The notes below the pieces were generated by a model, which was not told where the DNA came from, did not search any database, and saw nothing but the letters and a program-made list of their open reading frames with translations. DNA of 64,000 bases from Anaeromyces robustus (lineage: Eukaryota), in NCBI GenBank assembly GCA_002104895.1, contig MCFG01000170.1:62001-126000 (forward strand). Direction: 5' to 3'. A program made the translations under genes and the position numbers. Shown here piece after piece: positions 25,978 to 44,711 of this stretch. The stretch's first letter is position 1. Each line of letters starts with the position of its first letter.

Positions 25978-28503
25978 ATGATTAAAAGTTTAGCTTACAA
26001 CCAAAACCAAGATATCTATTCCAAAAGTTGGGATAGTAATAAAATACCAAACTGCCTTAATAAAAATAATAATAGTAGTTTTGATTTAAAAAATTATGAT
26101 GAAATTACTAATATGAAAACTAATCAAACTTCATTATACAGAAATAATACTTATCATGGAAATGAAAAGAAATCTAATCAAGAAAGTTTTAAGAAAAAAG
26201 AAAAGTATCACAAAAGTTTTGATTTTAAAAGTATGTTAAAAAAGAAAAATGGTTCAACAAATATTTCATCTTCCGTTTCAGTTAATCCTTTTACAGATAA
26301 TACACAAATGAATAATAATAAATTAAATCAAAACCAATTAAAATCAAATGAATTATTGTATTCTGATATTCAAAATGATGAAAAAAATAATAAGAATAAT
26401 AAAAATAAACAAAAATCAGAATTCAAAATGAAAACTCATCTTTTAAAATCTTTAATGGAAAATGTTGAAGATGAAACAGAAGATACTTATTGTGATAATG
26501 AAAGTGAAAAAAGTTTTATTGATAATTTATCTATGTGTAAATCAAATTATAATGGTATTATTACTCAATCATTAAATAAACCAACCATTTCTGAAATTGA
26601 TGTTACACCTGCTATTTCAATTATTAAAACTAAATCGGAAATGAATGACTTAAAGCAAGATCTCGAGTATTATAAATCTCTTTCCAAAAAAGATGATAAA
26701 AAGAATAATAATGGAAAATCTATTTCTAAAAACTCAAGTGGAAAAAGTAAATTTTTTGGAAAAAAATTCTTTAGTCGTTTCAAAAATTTTAGTTGGTTTG
26801 ATTCTCAAAAACATAATGGAAAAAATAATCACACTAATACGAATAATAACAATAATAATAATACTAGAAATCCTAGTAGTTTATCTCAATCAACTACCAT
26901 AAATTATGAAGATAATGGTATTATTAATTCTTCAGAAAGTAGTAATAGTAATAGTAGTAATAGTAACTTAAATAAGGATCAAATTGATAATGAAAAAAGT
27001 GAAATAACTTTAATTTCATCGCAACAACAACTTAATTTTGAATTTACTGGTTTAAATAATGATATATCAATTTCAAAAGAAAGTAATATTTCTAAAACTT
27101 TTATTAATAATTCCCATGATGTAATATTCGAAGAACCTATTAAAAACAATAATGAAAATGAAAAAAATAAAAAAATATTAGATAATAATATATTATTAGA
27201 TGATTCTAAAAATTGTGTTTCATTAAATGATGAAAATGCATATGGAACTGGAAATGGAAATGAAAATGAAAATGAAAATGGAAATGGAAATGGAAATGGA
27301 AATGATTATGATAATAATAAACTACTTGATAATGACAATAATAAAAATTATGAAAATAATAAAATAATTAAAATTGAAAAGAATATACTAAATGATAATA
27401 ATCAAGTAATGGAAAGTAATAGTAAGGAAAATACACTAATTGAAAATAATTCTGATAATTCATCTTTATTTTCTGGTTCCACTTTATTTCTTGATAATCT
27501 TCTCTTTACAGATTTATCACTTAAAATGAAAAATAATGAAACTGATAATCATCAAAATGAAATTGAAGATATTTATAAAATCGAAAAATTTGATGAAACA
27601 CAAATTTTAAGTACAAGTAGTCCAAAAATTAAAAATGAAAGTGAAGAATCAAATAATAATATGGAAGAAGAAGAAGAATTAAGTATAAAACATGATAATG
27701 AAAAAAATCTTGAAAAGATTTCCATTAAAAATGAAAAGGAAAATGATAGTAATAATAATAATATAATTAATAATGAAAAAATTATTAATCGTATTGAATC
27801 TTCATCGGATATAGTACTTCTCGAATATGAAACGGAAAGTGAAGTTGATATTTCTCATAAAATGAATCATTATGATTCTGAAATTGAAGTCGAAATTATA
27901 TCTATTTCATCACCAAAATCTGACATTGAAAATGATAATGAAAATGAAAATGAAAATGAAAATGAAAATGAAAATGAAAATGAAAATAATGATAATTACA
28001 AAAATACTGAAGATGAATTTTCATCATTATCATCAAATAATGAAGAAATTACACCAACAATAACAACAACATCAACAATAACAACAACACCAATAATATC
28101 TAATAATGAAAATGAATTTAAAAATATTGAAAGAAATTCTTTATATCATCAATCTTTTGATATTCAAAGAAATATTTTTATAAATAATTTTGATAATAAT
28201 AATAATAATGATGATGATATTAATAGTAATGATAAAGAATATTTAAATTATATGAATCATTCAATTATCACACAAATTAATGAAAAGGAATTAAATGAAA
28301 AAGAATCAAAATCTTTCCCAGTTAATCTAAATAATGATGATAATTTAATTGAAAATAATATAATATATTTAAATCAATCAGAATTATCATCAAATGATGA
28401 TATAAATATATTGAATATGAATAAAAGCAATAATTTACATCTTAATCTAGATTCAACTTCATTTAATAATCCTGTTTTATTAAATAATAATAATACTTGT
28501 AAC

Positions 28504-28546
<43 letters not shown>

Positions 28547-31500
28547 TAAATACTAAATTTAATAAATCAGAAATTATACCACATTCAATTAACACCACAA
28601 TCTTATCATCAGAAAATGATAAAAATTTTGAACAAAATACATTAAATACATTAAATACACTAAATTCAAATATAGACAATTTTACACTTACTTTATCAAG
28701 TAAAACATATAATACTACATCAACAAATAAAGAACCTCATACATTATCATCTATAAATAATATTGATGATAAAACTGATTTGATATCAGAATTATCATCA
28801 AACATAATTAATGATGACTATAAAAATAGTTCTTCTTTACAACATGAATTAAACAACGCATCAACATTATCTATTGATTATAATAATAATGATTATAACA
28901 ATAATAATAATAATAATTTAAAAACGGATAATTCATTAAATTTAAATATTTTTGACGCTATTATTAACGTAAATTCAAATTCATATAATAATAATAATAA
29001 TAATAATGATATTTCGCATAAAATCATAGATGAATCATCAATAATAAATGATAATAAAAACAATAATAATAATAATAATAATAACAATGATAACATCAAT
29101 AATGATAAAGATTCAATATTAAAGTATTTAAATACTTATACTATCACCAATGATAATATTAATATGGATATTTTATCAGAATCGAAATCAATTGATGAAG
29201 AAATAAGAAAAGAAAAGAAAGATGATGAAACTAATATTGTTATATTAGATAATAATTTAGAATTTCCTATTAATATAAATGAAAGTGATGATGAATATAC
29301 TGAAATTGAAAAACATGAATCTGAAGATGATGATGATGACGACGATGATGATGAAATAATTCTTAAAGTAGAAGAAATAACTTACAATGAAAATGAAAAT
29401 AATGTAAATGATGATAAATCATTACAAAATAATAAATATGAAACTAAAGTTAATGATGAAGAAGAAACCCTTAAAGATGAAATGAATGAAAAGGAAAATA
29501 GTATTAATTCAAATGAATTAGAAATTAAATCTTCTAAAGAATTTGAAACTAATGAAAAGGAAACTAATATTAATTCAAATGAATTAGAAATTAAATCTTC
29601 TAAAGAATTTGAAACTAATGAAAAGGAAACTAATATTAATTCAAATGAATTGGAGATTAAATCTTCTAAAGAATCTGAATCTGAAAATATTCCAATGGTA
29701 AATGAAGAAGGTATAAGAAGAAGAAAATATCAAAATCAATTAAAATCTGTTTTAAAACGTCGTAACCGTCATTCTTTTCCTCAATGTGGTACAAATATAT
29801 TTGAATTATCACCACTTACACATATTCCATTAAGTCAAATTGGTGATAATGAAAATAAAATTAATATTCCAGGTGTTGAAACTATTGTAGTACGTCAAAG
29901 AAGAAAATCTGTCAATTTTGATAGAAATGCTTTTGAAAAAGTATGTTACTTTACTTCAACAGAAAAACCAGAAGATATTCATTCTCGTGATGTTCAAATT
30001 AAAGAAGATGAACAATCATCCAATTCAATTCAAACTTTATTGAATACTGAAGTACAAAAATTATTATCGGATGAAGTCACGGGAAAGGGAGAATATTGTA
30101 ATTTAGGAAAAATTAATAATAATAATAATAATTGTGGTAATAGTAATAATAGTAGTAGTAGTAATAGTAGTAATGATAATGATAATAATAATATTATTAT
30201 TAACAATTCTAATTTAAATAATAATTTAAATGAAAATGTAAATGTAAATGTAAATGAAATAAATAATACTACTACTATATTATCTTCTTCAAATATTACT
30301 TCAGAACCTGAATCATTTGTAAATTTAGATATTGCTTCAGAATGTCAAGGAGAAATACCAATTTCATCTTTAAGTTCTTTAACATCATTACAATCTATTT
30401 CAGATTCAATATCAATATTAAAAGATTCATCAACATCTTCATCTAATACATTATCAATTACTATCAAAGCAGAAATTGAACAACAAATAAAAAATAAATG
30501 TCTTTTAAATGATTCTTCACTTAAACTTAATGATCCATCTTCTTCATGGTCTCCTATTCCAAGAAATGTAATTCATTTACCAAAAATGAAACATAAAGCA
30601 AAAGATTGGGAACCTCATATTCTTATTGAAAGTTTTGAATTAGCACCAAGATTTGAAGGACAAACACAAGATATGTGGGATGTATTACAAGTTAAATTAA
30701 AAGTTCAAAATTTAGATTATCATAAAAAGGTATTTATTCGTTATACTACTAATGATTGGGCAAGTTACAAAGAAGAAGAAGCAAAATATAGTTGTTGTAT
30801 ACGTGAAGGTACTCAAGGCTATTCTTATAATAATTATGGAGAACAAAAAAAGGTTGGACTTGATCGTTTTATAGCTAGAATTGATGCTTCCGATTTATTT
30901 GTATTACCAGAATGTGGAAGACATACTTGTATGCAACGTCCTAGTACAATGTTACTTGTAGCAAGATATGAAGTTCTTGGTAATACTTATTGGGATAATA
31001 ATCATTTTACAGATTATAAATTAGAATTAGTTAGAATTCCAGCAGGTTATGATGTACCACGTCATCATGGACATTCTAAATATGGAGATGCATCAGTTAT
31101 TGCATGTGCTGCATGTGCTGAAGAAAAACTTGAAGCTGAATTAGCAAATGCTAAAAAATTACTTAAAGAAAATGAAAAAGAGAAAAAGGAAAGAACAAAA
31201 GTACGTCATCTCGGTGGTGGTCAAGCTTTACTTCATGATAACTTTTCAGAAATGCAATCTAATGTTAAAAATGAAGATTTTTCAGTAGACCCAAATAATA
31301 TTTATGTTAAAGAAGTTATGAAACATAATGAAATTATAAAACATGAAATGACAGAATATCCTAATACTAATAGTAATAGTAATGCTAATGCTAATACTAA
31401 TGCTAATACTACTTCCTCATCTTCAACTAATTCAACTACAAATTCAATTTCAACTATTGCTACCACTAAAGCCATTGAAAATGAAAAACCAACTTTAACA

Positions 31501-32728
31501 AATAATTTAGAATCTGATTCTAAATTAAATACTTCTAATAATAAAGATTTTACTTCTTTATTAAATAAAACAAATTTGAATAATACTAATTATTATAATA
31601 ATAATAATAACAATAATAATAATAATCAAAATAATTATCGTAAGTATAAATAAATATATATATATATATATACCATTTATTATATAAAATATAAATATTA
31701 TAATAAATATTTATATTGTTTTTTTTTTTTTTTGTTTTTTTTTGTTTTTTGTTTTTTGTTTTTATACTAATTATTTATTTATTTTTCTTATTAATTAATT
31801 ATAAAAAAAATTTTTTTTAGAAAATTATCAAAATAATTATGTATCAAATTTGTACTCGTATGATCCTTATGGATGTAAATATAATGCTGATGTCCCAGGA
31901 ACATCATCTCTTTATTCTTCAGATGTATATACCTATGGAGGACAAATAACTAATTATGGCTCATCCTATTATACTAGTAATTATTCTTATAATCCATATT
32001 CAAATTATGGTTATGATAATAATAATAATAATTGTATTAATAATAATAAGGATACACCAATAAATAATGGAAGAACAAGATCATATTCTACAGGATCAAT
32101 TTATCCATCTGATTATTATGAAAGGAAAAATTATTTCGGATGTGATAATCAATATGAATATATAATGAATTCAACAACAACAACAACAATGGATTCATCA
32201 ATCCAAAATAATAATAATAATAATAACAATAATAATAAAGAAAATGTAAAATCTTTAAATGAAATTATTGGAAATAAGGATATTCAAAATAAAAAAGAAA
32301 CAGAAGAGATGAATTATTCTGGTAATAATATAAAGAGTTGTAATAACACTGTAAATAATTACATTATAACTTCTGATAATAATAAACCCAATTTCACTGA
32401 AAATAATGGTAATAATATTAATAATAATAATGTAACAGTGAATTCATCTCCTACATTTTATAATAATAATAATAACAATAATACAAATAGTTATTATCCA
32501 ACTTATCAATATAATTACTCTTTTGGTTCAGATATACAAGATTATCCAAACAATAATAATACATCTCCAAAAAATTATAATTATAATCATAGCAAATATA
32601 ATTTATATAATTATGATTCTATATATGCCAACTCACCAACAAATAATATGTATAATGGATTTTCAACATATAATAATCAATCAGTGATGAATTCTTCAAT
32701 GTTAAATGATACAGATGCTTTCTACTAA
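25978..32728 (+). CDS. PP1 glycogen-targeting regulatory subunit (CBM21 family, Gac1/PPP1R3-like), about 2189 aa; exons 25978-31639 and 31821-32728
   Basis: RVxF motif RRKSVNF (about 29899-29919) and SILK-like KSVLK (29743). CBM21 signatures LKVQNLDYHKKVFIRYTTNDW and YEVLGNTYWDNNHFTDY (about 30700-31020). The intron C|gtaagt...ttttag|AA joins the two listed ORFs in frame. The rest is Asn/acidic low-complexity sequence. Confidence 0.85.
29485..29673 (+). repeat. 66-bp (22-aa) coding tandem repeat, about 3 copies
   Basis: NEKE(N/T)(S/N)INSNELEIKSSKEFET units start at 29485, 29551 and 29617. Confidence 0.92.
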
Positions 32729-33109
32729 TATATATATATATATATATAGAAATATATATAATTATATAATTATTAAGGCAATTACCCAAAAAAAAAAAAA
32801 AAAAAAAAAAAAAGGAAATAAGCTAAAAAGGTAAAAATATAAAATAAAATAATTACAAATATCAATATCAACGTTGATTGATAACATTTAAAATGAAAAA
32901 TGAAAATAAAAAAATAATTAAAAAAAAATAATTAAAAAAAAAAATAAAACTAAATAAAAATACCAATAATTATATTAAATAATTGAATAAAATTATTTAG
33001 TAATTTAAAAAATCAATAAAAATGAACAACAATAATAAATTAAAATAAATATAATTTAAAAAAAAAAAAAAAGAAACATAAAGAAATTTAAATAACAAAA
33101 ATTAAATTA

Positions 33110-33159
<50 letters not shown>

Positions 33160-33282
33160 GCACATATAATAAAAAAATTAAAAAAAAAAAAAATTAAGAT
33201 TAATCTATAACATTTAAAATCACATTATAGCCGTAAAAATATACATCCATTTTCTACCAACAGTAAATTCCATCATGTTAAC

Positions 33283-33323
<41 letters not shown>

Positions 33324-33895
33324 AGGGTATAATAATTTTCTTTCATATATGTTTTTTTTCTTATTTAAATTATTAATATTAATTTAAGTATTTTATATTA
33401 ATTTATTTAAAAAGAAAAACATAGATTTTATTAATATTTTTTTAGAATATTAATATAAAGAAATATGTTTTAAAAAATGGTTATAGAAAAAAAAAAAAAA
33501 AAAAAAAAAACATAAAAAAAATATAATTTTTATGTATATATAAATACTTTTTAATTTAAAATTAAAAATAATAAAAAAAATAATTATATTTTGTTGTTTT
33601 AATAACCATTTAAACTTCCAATATTTAGTATTAATTTAATTTAATATATTAAATATAAATAAATACTTTCTGTTTTCTCTTATTTAAAAAAAAAAAATAA
33701 TAATTCACAAAAATATTTTTAAAAAAATTCAAAAAAAAAAAAAAAAAATAAAAAAAAGTAAAAAATAAAAAAAAATAAAAAAAAATAAAAAATAAAATAA
33801 AAATCATATATATATATATAAATTATATATATATATATGTATTTTTTGATGGAGTCTATATTGTGTGTTTGATTCTTTACCTTTTTTTTTAAATT

Positions 33896-33937
<42 letters not shown>

Positions 33938-33960
33938 TTGATATATCAAATCATTCATAC

Positions 33961-34108
<148 letters not shown>

Positions 34109-34450
34109 TCATTAATTATATAAAAAACTTTATATAATTATTATTGATTTAATAATACATACTATTTTATTAAAACTTTCATTTATATCATTAATCTTTT
34201 CTTTAATAACAATTAAACTATGTATATTTTTAATTACTTTTTCTTTTTTTTATTTATTATTTTATTTCTTTCTACTTTTTTCTACATACTTTTCTTTAGT
34301 TATTGTTATTTTTGTTTTTAACTTTGTCAAACAAAAAAGAGTTAATGAAAAAAAAATAATAATAAAAAATTTTTAAATTAAATTTAATTAATATAAAGTT
34401 TAATTATTAATACTTTTAAACTTACAAATATATATATTTTTTAAAATTAA

Positions 34451-34491
<41 letters not shown>

Positions 34492-34581
34492 ATATATATT
34501 AAAACAAAAATAAATATATATAAATAATAATACTAGTAATTTATAGATAATATATAATAAAAGTAAAAGTAAATAAATAAT

Positions 34582-37475
<2,894 letters not shown>

Positions 37476-38375
37476 ATAGTATAATAAACAATTTAAAAAA
37501 TAAATGATAAAAAAATTATAATAATATAAAAAAAAAAGAAAGTTAATAAAAAAAATAAATAAATAGAATTAAAATAGAAATAGAATTATAAAAAAAAAGG
37601 AAAAAAGAAAAATAAAAGAAAAAATAATAATAATAAACGAAAACTAAAACGAAAATATAATATTATAACATATTAAATGTTATAATTTATGATTATCTAA
37701 ACCATGTAATAATAAATATATTATATTTGATAAAAAAAAATAAAGTTAATAAAAAAAATAAATAAATAGAACTAAAATAGGAATAAAAGTATTAAAAAAA
37801 AAGGTACGTACATAGAACTAAAATAGAAATAGAATTATAAAAAAAATAATAATAAAAAATAGAAGAAAAAATAATAAACGAAAAAATAATATAATAACAT
37901 AATAAATGATAAATGTTATAATTAATAATTATCTAAACCATGTAATAGCAAATATAATGTATTTAATAAAAAAAAAAAAAAAGGAAAAGTTAATAAACTA
38001 TTATTAACTATAAAACAAATTATATATGTATTTATACACCTTTTTTTATAAAAATATAAAAAATAATTATAATATTTATCAATTAATATTATTGTAAATT
38101 ATTATCATCATCATAATAATTATTTATGATTTATTTATTAAAAAAAAAAGTATTAAATATTATAAAATCTAACCTTTTATTATTAAAGATTAGGTTTAGT
38201 TACACAAAAATATATAAACATTTATATATATTAAATATTTCTATTATTATAATTTAATATTTTATTTTATTTTATTTTATTTTATTTATGTTTTATATTT
38301 ATTTATATGTTTTACGTTTTATTTATTTTCTTTATTAATAAATTTATATTTATTAATAATCAAATAATAAAGTTT

Positions 38376-38408
<33 letters not shown>

Positions 38409-38484
38409 TTTTTGTTTTTGTTTTTGTTTTCGTTTTTTACAATAAGTAATACTATACTTAATAATATCATTTCGTGTGTTATAT

Positions 38485-38526
<42 letters not shown>

Positions 38527-38707
38527 TTTTTGTTTTTGTTTTTGTTTTCGTTTTTTACAATAAGTAATACTATACTTAATATCATTTCGTGTGTTATATA
38601 ACTTTTTTTTTTTAATAATAAATTATAAACTATATAATTAAATATATATATAATTAAACATTTTTTTATTTTTTATTTATTATTTATTTATTTAATTTCA
38701 TTTCAAT

Positions 38708-41700
38708 CTATTTAAGGTTATATTTACGTGTATTTAATGCTTCAATCATGCCTTCAAATACAACCTTTAATTCTCTTTCAGCAATTTCTCTGCTTTCACC
38801 TGAAAGTTCAATATAATATTTAATTTTTGGTTCAGTACCAGAAGTTCTTAAAGTTATAGCACAATCATTTGAATCTAATCTGAAAGTAATCATTTGTGAA
38901 GACTTTGGTAATAATGCTTTATGATCAGGGGTAGATGAATCATAATCTATAGTTAAATCTCTAATATTAATGATTTTTTTACCACCAATTTCTTTTGGAT
39001 ACTTTAATTTATATTCGTAATTTGGATCCTTTATTTATTTTTATTTAATATTAATGTTATTTATTTATTAAAAAAAAAAAAAAAATTAAATATTTTGAAG
39101 AAAATATATATATAAGAATAAAAAACTTAATATTAATAACTTACATCACTTGGTTCCTTAACATCACCGTAACGGATATTATCAAAGAAAGCATTAATAA
39201 CTTCTTGATCATTACAAATGAAATAATAATTATTACACATAAAGTATCCGTATTTTTTATATAATGATTCTAAATATTCGTAAATTTTCATGTCTTTTTT
39301 ATCAAGCTTTATAAAATTAAATTTTATATATTAGGTACAATTTATGTATATGTAACATAATATAAAAAATATATTATTAATTTATTAACATATATTATAA
39401 ATTTATTATTATATATAATATATATTAATAAAAATATTTATATTTTCTACTTACTTGAGCAGCTAATTCAGAAAGAATAGCAAGAGCGGAAATACCATCT
39501 TTATCATTAATAAATTCACCACACATGAAACCTATTATTTTTATTATATTAAATTATAATATTGTTATAATATATATTTTAGTTCATTATTTATTTTCAA
39601 CAATTTTGAGATTTTAATAATTTAATATATAATATAATTATTACTATTAATGATATTTTATTTACCTATAGCTTCTTCAAAAGCAAATGGAACAGTGTAA
39701 CCTTTCTTTCTTAATTCAATAGCCTTATTACCTAACCATTTAAAACCAGTAAGAGTTTCTTCGAAATAGAAATTTTCAACTTTTGCAATTTTTTCAAGCA
39801 TTTTAGTACTAACAGTACTGTTAATCATAGCAATTTCTAAATAATAAGTACATATAATATTTAATATATTATATATATATATTTTTAAAATTATATTAAA
39901 TAATTTTATTATTATTATTATTACTTTCTCCAGAATCTTTAAAGTTTTCCCACATATAGGAACCAATTAAAACACCAATTTGATTACCATTGAATGAGAA
40001 CCATGTACCACTAATATTTAAGTATTATTAATATATATATATAAATTATATAATTAGATTATCTATTTTATTTAAATAAAAATAATAATAAAATAAAATA
40101 AAATAATATATATATATATAATGTTTATTTATTTATTATTACTCTCTTTGTTTTTCAGCAATAGCAAGTCTATCAGCATCTGGATCATTTGCTAAAATAA
40201 CTGTAGCTCCAGTTTCATTAGCTTTAGCAATAGATAAATCCTATTTTATTTTATTTTATTTAATTTAATTATTTATTTATTAAATTTATTATTTATAATA
40301 CAAATATATAATATATAATATTAATATTTTTGTAAATAATTAAATTGTTAATTCTTATTTATGTATTTATATAAAGAAAACAAATACTTACTAAAACACC
40401 TTTTCCTTCTTCCTATAAATTATAAAATAATTTTGAAATATATTATAAATATTTTGTAATAATATTAAAATATTATTTTTTTGTTATAAAATTAAATAAA
40501 AATAATAATATTAATTTATAGTTTATAAAATTATTCATACAGGATTTGGAAATTCAACAGTTGAGAAATCTGGATCAGGATTTACCTATATATATTCATT
40601 ATTATTAATGAAAAAAAAAAAAAATATATATATATATATTTAGTTATAATTAAATAAAACAATTATATAACATTTATAATTAAAAAAGTGTTTAATTATA
40701 TAAATTATTAATGAATTACTTGTTGTTCAACTTCAATAAATGGTTTAAATCCAAAAGCTTCAAAAGAATTTCTAGCAAATGGTAAACCAACACCATGCAT
40801 AGCTTTTATATATATATTAATAATTGTGATAAATTATTTTAATAAATTAATAAATAAAATATATAGATATATAATATTTTACCTGTATAACAGAATTTAA
40901 GTTTAGTATTTTGATTATCTTCTTTATGTCTAGCTAAACCAGCAATACATTCTTTATATTTATTAACCATTTCGTCATATGGATCAACAACTAAATTGGC
41001 ATAATCTTTATTATCTACCATATTTTCATCCCAAAGCCATGGAATTTGATTTTCTTTAATTTTATCGGCAATTCCTTTATCAGTTGGTGGAATAATCTTT
41101 TTATATAAATAAATAAATATATATATATATTAAAATATATAAAACTTAAAATAACAATAATAATAATATATATTAGTTTATATAATCTTAATATCATTAC
41201 TTGACAAGCATTTGACCAATAAACTTTATAACCATTATATTGTTTTGGATTATGAGAAGCAGTAACCATAATACCACATGAAGTACCACATTGATAAACA
41301 GTAAAAGGTACAAGTGGTGTACAAACATTCTTATGGTAAAAAATTACGCGAATACCTTTTGATAAAAAGATAGCAGCTGCTAATCTTGCAAATGATTCTG
41401 AATGGTGACGATGGTCATGACCAATTACAACACCTTTAGTTTTAACTTCTGGGTCAACTTCTAAAAGATAGGTACATAAACCCTTTTTTATTCATTTCAA
41501 TTTTTTATTTATTTATTTATATATTCATAAAAAATAAATAAATAAATAAAATAAATTGTTTTTTAATAATTGAATTACATTAAAAATATTTATTATTATT
41601 CATTAATATATTATTATTTCAAAGTACTTGTGAAGCTTGAATGACAGTCTTTAATAAAAAATGATAGTATAAAAATATAGAAATAATAAATATTACATAA

Positions 41701-42276
41701 TAAAAAAATATTTATAAAAAAAAAATAGTTTAATATTAGTATGTTTATTATAATATAATATGCTTTTCTCTTATTTTTTTTTTTTTTTTAATAAAAAATT
41801 ATTAGTTAGAAATATTATATATAAATATAATAATAATAATTATTATTCTTCATTATTGAAATTTTATTTACCAAACCATTCATTCTTGAAAAACCAGGAC
41901 CCATTTCAGCTCTTAAACCTTTATATTATTTCATATTTTTTTCATATTGTGTTATATTATATTATTTAAATATAAAAAATTAATAATGAATTGTTGAAAT
42001 TATTTAAATAAATATAATTTTAAATTACCAGCAGTTCCAAATGTCAAAGGTTTCTTAACTAAAGCTTCTAATTGTTTTTCATCTTTTTCATTACATAATT
42101 TTTGAATGTATTCCTTATAGGAAGCATCCTTTTATTATTTTTATATTATATAATAAAATATTAAAATTAACTAAAAATTATATATATATAAAATGTAACT
42201 TGAAATTTATAATATAAATTACATGTTCTAATTGGCAGTAATTTTCAGCCAACTTATATAAATTAGTTTCAGTCAT
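38708..42276 (-). CDS. PGM2: Phosphoglucomutase/phosphopentomutase (PGM2 / yeast Pgm3-like alpha-D-phosphohexomutase), multi-exon
   Basis: Motifs FGTAGLRAEMGPG, VVIGHDHR, catalytic MVTASHNPKQYNGYKVYW, PDPDFSTVEFPNPEEGKG, metal-binding ANDPDADRL, EETLTGFKWLGN, FAFEEAIG and TLRTSGTEPKIKYYIE. ATG at 42276. Confidence 0.93.
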
Positions 42277-44711
42277 TGTTTTATTTAGTTTTTTCCTTTT
42301 TCTTCATACGTTATTTTTTATTTTATATTTAATAATTATTGTTTTGTCACATTTTTTTTCAAAATGGTTAATAGTAATAAGAAAATATTAAAATTTATTG
42401 AAAATAAAACATAAAATAAATTATTAGTACAAATATATAATCTAAATTTTTGTTTCATAAATATAATACTTTATTATATTTAAAATATTATGATGTATGA
42501 TTAATCTTTATGAAAAAAAATATATATACTTTATTTACTTTTTATTATTTTCTTTAAAATAAAAAATACTATTTTATTTTTGAGTTACTTTATTTTAAAC
42601 TTTAAAAAAATAGATAACAAATATTAAAAAAAAATGTTTATTTTTAATAAGAAAAAAAAACTTATTCTGTAAAAAAAAAATTAAATATGGAAACTTTTTT
42701 CATTCTTAATATATTAAAATTTATATATTAATAGAAAAAAATATTAAAACTAATAAATTAATATAAAAAAATTTTTCTCCTGTAGACCATGTTAATTTTC
42801 ATATGATGAATATTAAGGATTAGAAAAAAAATTTTTTCTTTCATTTTTATTTACGGTTAATGTAACATTAAGGATTAGAAAAAAAAACTATTATATATAT
42901 TCTATTATTATTTTATTCTATTATTATTTTATTATATTATTCTATTATTATATTATATATTATAATTTATACTTTAATTATTAATAATGTATACTTTTTT
43001 TTACTACTCAACTTTTAATTTAATATATTTTTTACCGTTTAATATATACCGTTCTTATGTTTAAACTAAAAAAAAAAATCATTTATATACCTTTATCTTA
43101 TAATAATAGCAGATCTATTTTTTTATTGTTTTCTATTTTAATAAAATATATATTCAATTAAAATTGTTACATTTAATATTGAAAATATATTTATTAATTT
43201 AAAGTAATGAATTATTAAATCTTTATTCAATACTCAATTTGAAATATATATATTTTTATTTATTTTAAAAATAATATTATAAGAGATATATTATTATAAG
43301 ATATAATAAGGATATTTATAATAAGAATTTTATAATCGATACAATTTAATTTTTTGAATGAAAAATACTTGTTAACTATTAAGATAAAATAATGAAATAA
43401 AGAATTATTCGAAAATTTAATTAAAATTATATATATATATAATTTTTTTTTTGTGATTTTTGTGGATATATTTTATATTTTACTATGAAACTCTTAAGAT
43501 CAAAGTATTATAATAATTTTTATTTTGTTAATAATATTATTATTTTTATTCTTATAATAAAAAATTAAATCTATTAATGTATACACAATTTAATAACAAT
43601 TAATATTAACCAATCATATTGTTTTATTTAATTTAATGTATAAAGTAATAATAAGATCATTACATTATTATAATTAAAAGAAATCAAAATAATTAATAAA
43701 AATATTAAAACTATAATATTAAATATTATTTATTATTCTCAAGAAGCAATAACATTATATTATAAAATAAAAGTAAGAATTTATCAATATATATTTTTAT
43801 ATAAAATATAACGAAAATATCGTAAAAAAAAATATTAAAAGGTCTGGATAAAATTTTGGAAAATTTATTAATAAAAATCAATAAAGTTTTAATAATTTAA
43901 ACGATTTGCATTTATTTTTTTATTTCAATTTAAGAATTTTAATATGAAAGAAAATTCATTCAAATTTCAAATTTTGATTTTAATGCATTTATTCCTATTG
44001 AACTTATATTTTTCTATTCACTTACATCAATAATAATATCGAATTACGGATACAGTATATAATAAATAAATAAATATATAAATAAATTTCTATTCAAATG
44101 TTAATTTAATTAAATTTATAAAACAATGTTTGTTGTTATATATTTAATTAATAATAAATGTACTGGAATTATGTAAACAAACTACAATAATATCAATATT
44201 AAGAATGATATTTTTTATTTTCAGAAAAAATATGTGATTCCGTGACTTTTTATTTAATACAGGAACAGGAATTATTAATTTTAATAAAATTTATTATTTG
44301 TTTATTTATTTATTTAACAAATAAATTATATATACATATATTTGTATTTGAACAGTTAATAAATAAAATTATTTATCATTATATACCATTCACAGTTATA
44401 ATTTTCAACGTATATGCTATAATAATATGTTTTAAAAATTCAATAATATTTTCAATTTAATTGCTATTTTAAATTATAATATTATCACACAAATTATAAT
44501 TATTATTGATATATTTATTTTGGAAATGTATTTTATAATGACATATACATTTATTTATTTATTTATTTTCAATTATCAAATTATATTAATATTACTTTTA
44601 TTTATTTATTATTATAATATTTATATTTTTATATTTAAAATTATAATTTAATTAATATTAATTACTAAAGCTTGTTATAGAATTAAGAATAATAAATTAG
44701 AATACTTGAAA

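Noticed and set aside
26693..29099. Short ORFs overlapping the CBM21 gene
   Set aside because: Alternate-frame or antisense readings of Asn and Glu-Asn repeats.
31850..32728. 292-aa ORF as a separate gene
   Set aside because: It has a TTG start and splices in frame to the upstream ORF through intron 31640-31820.
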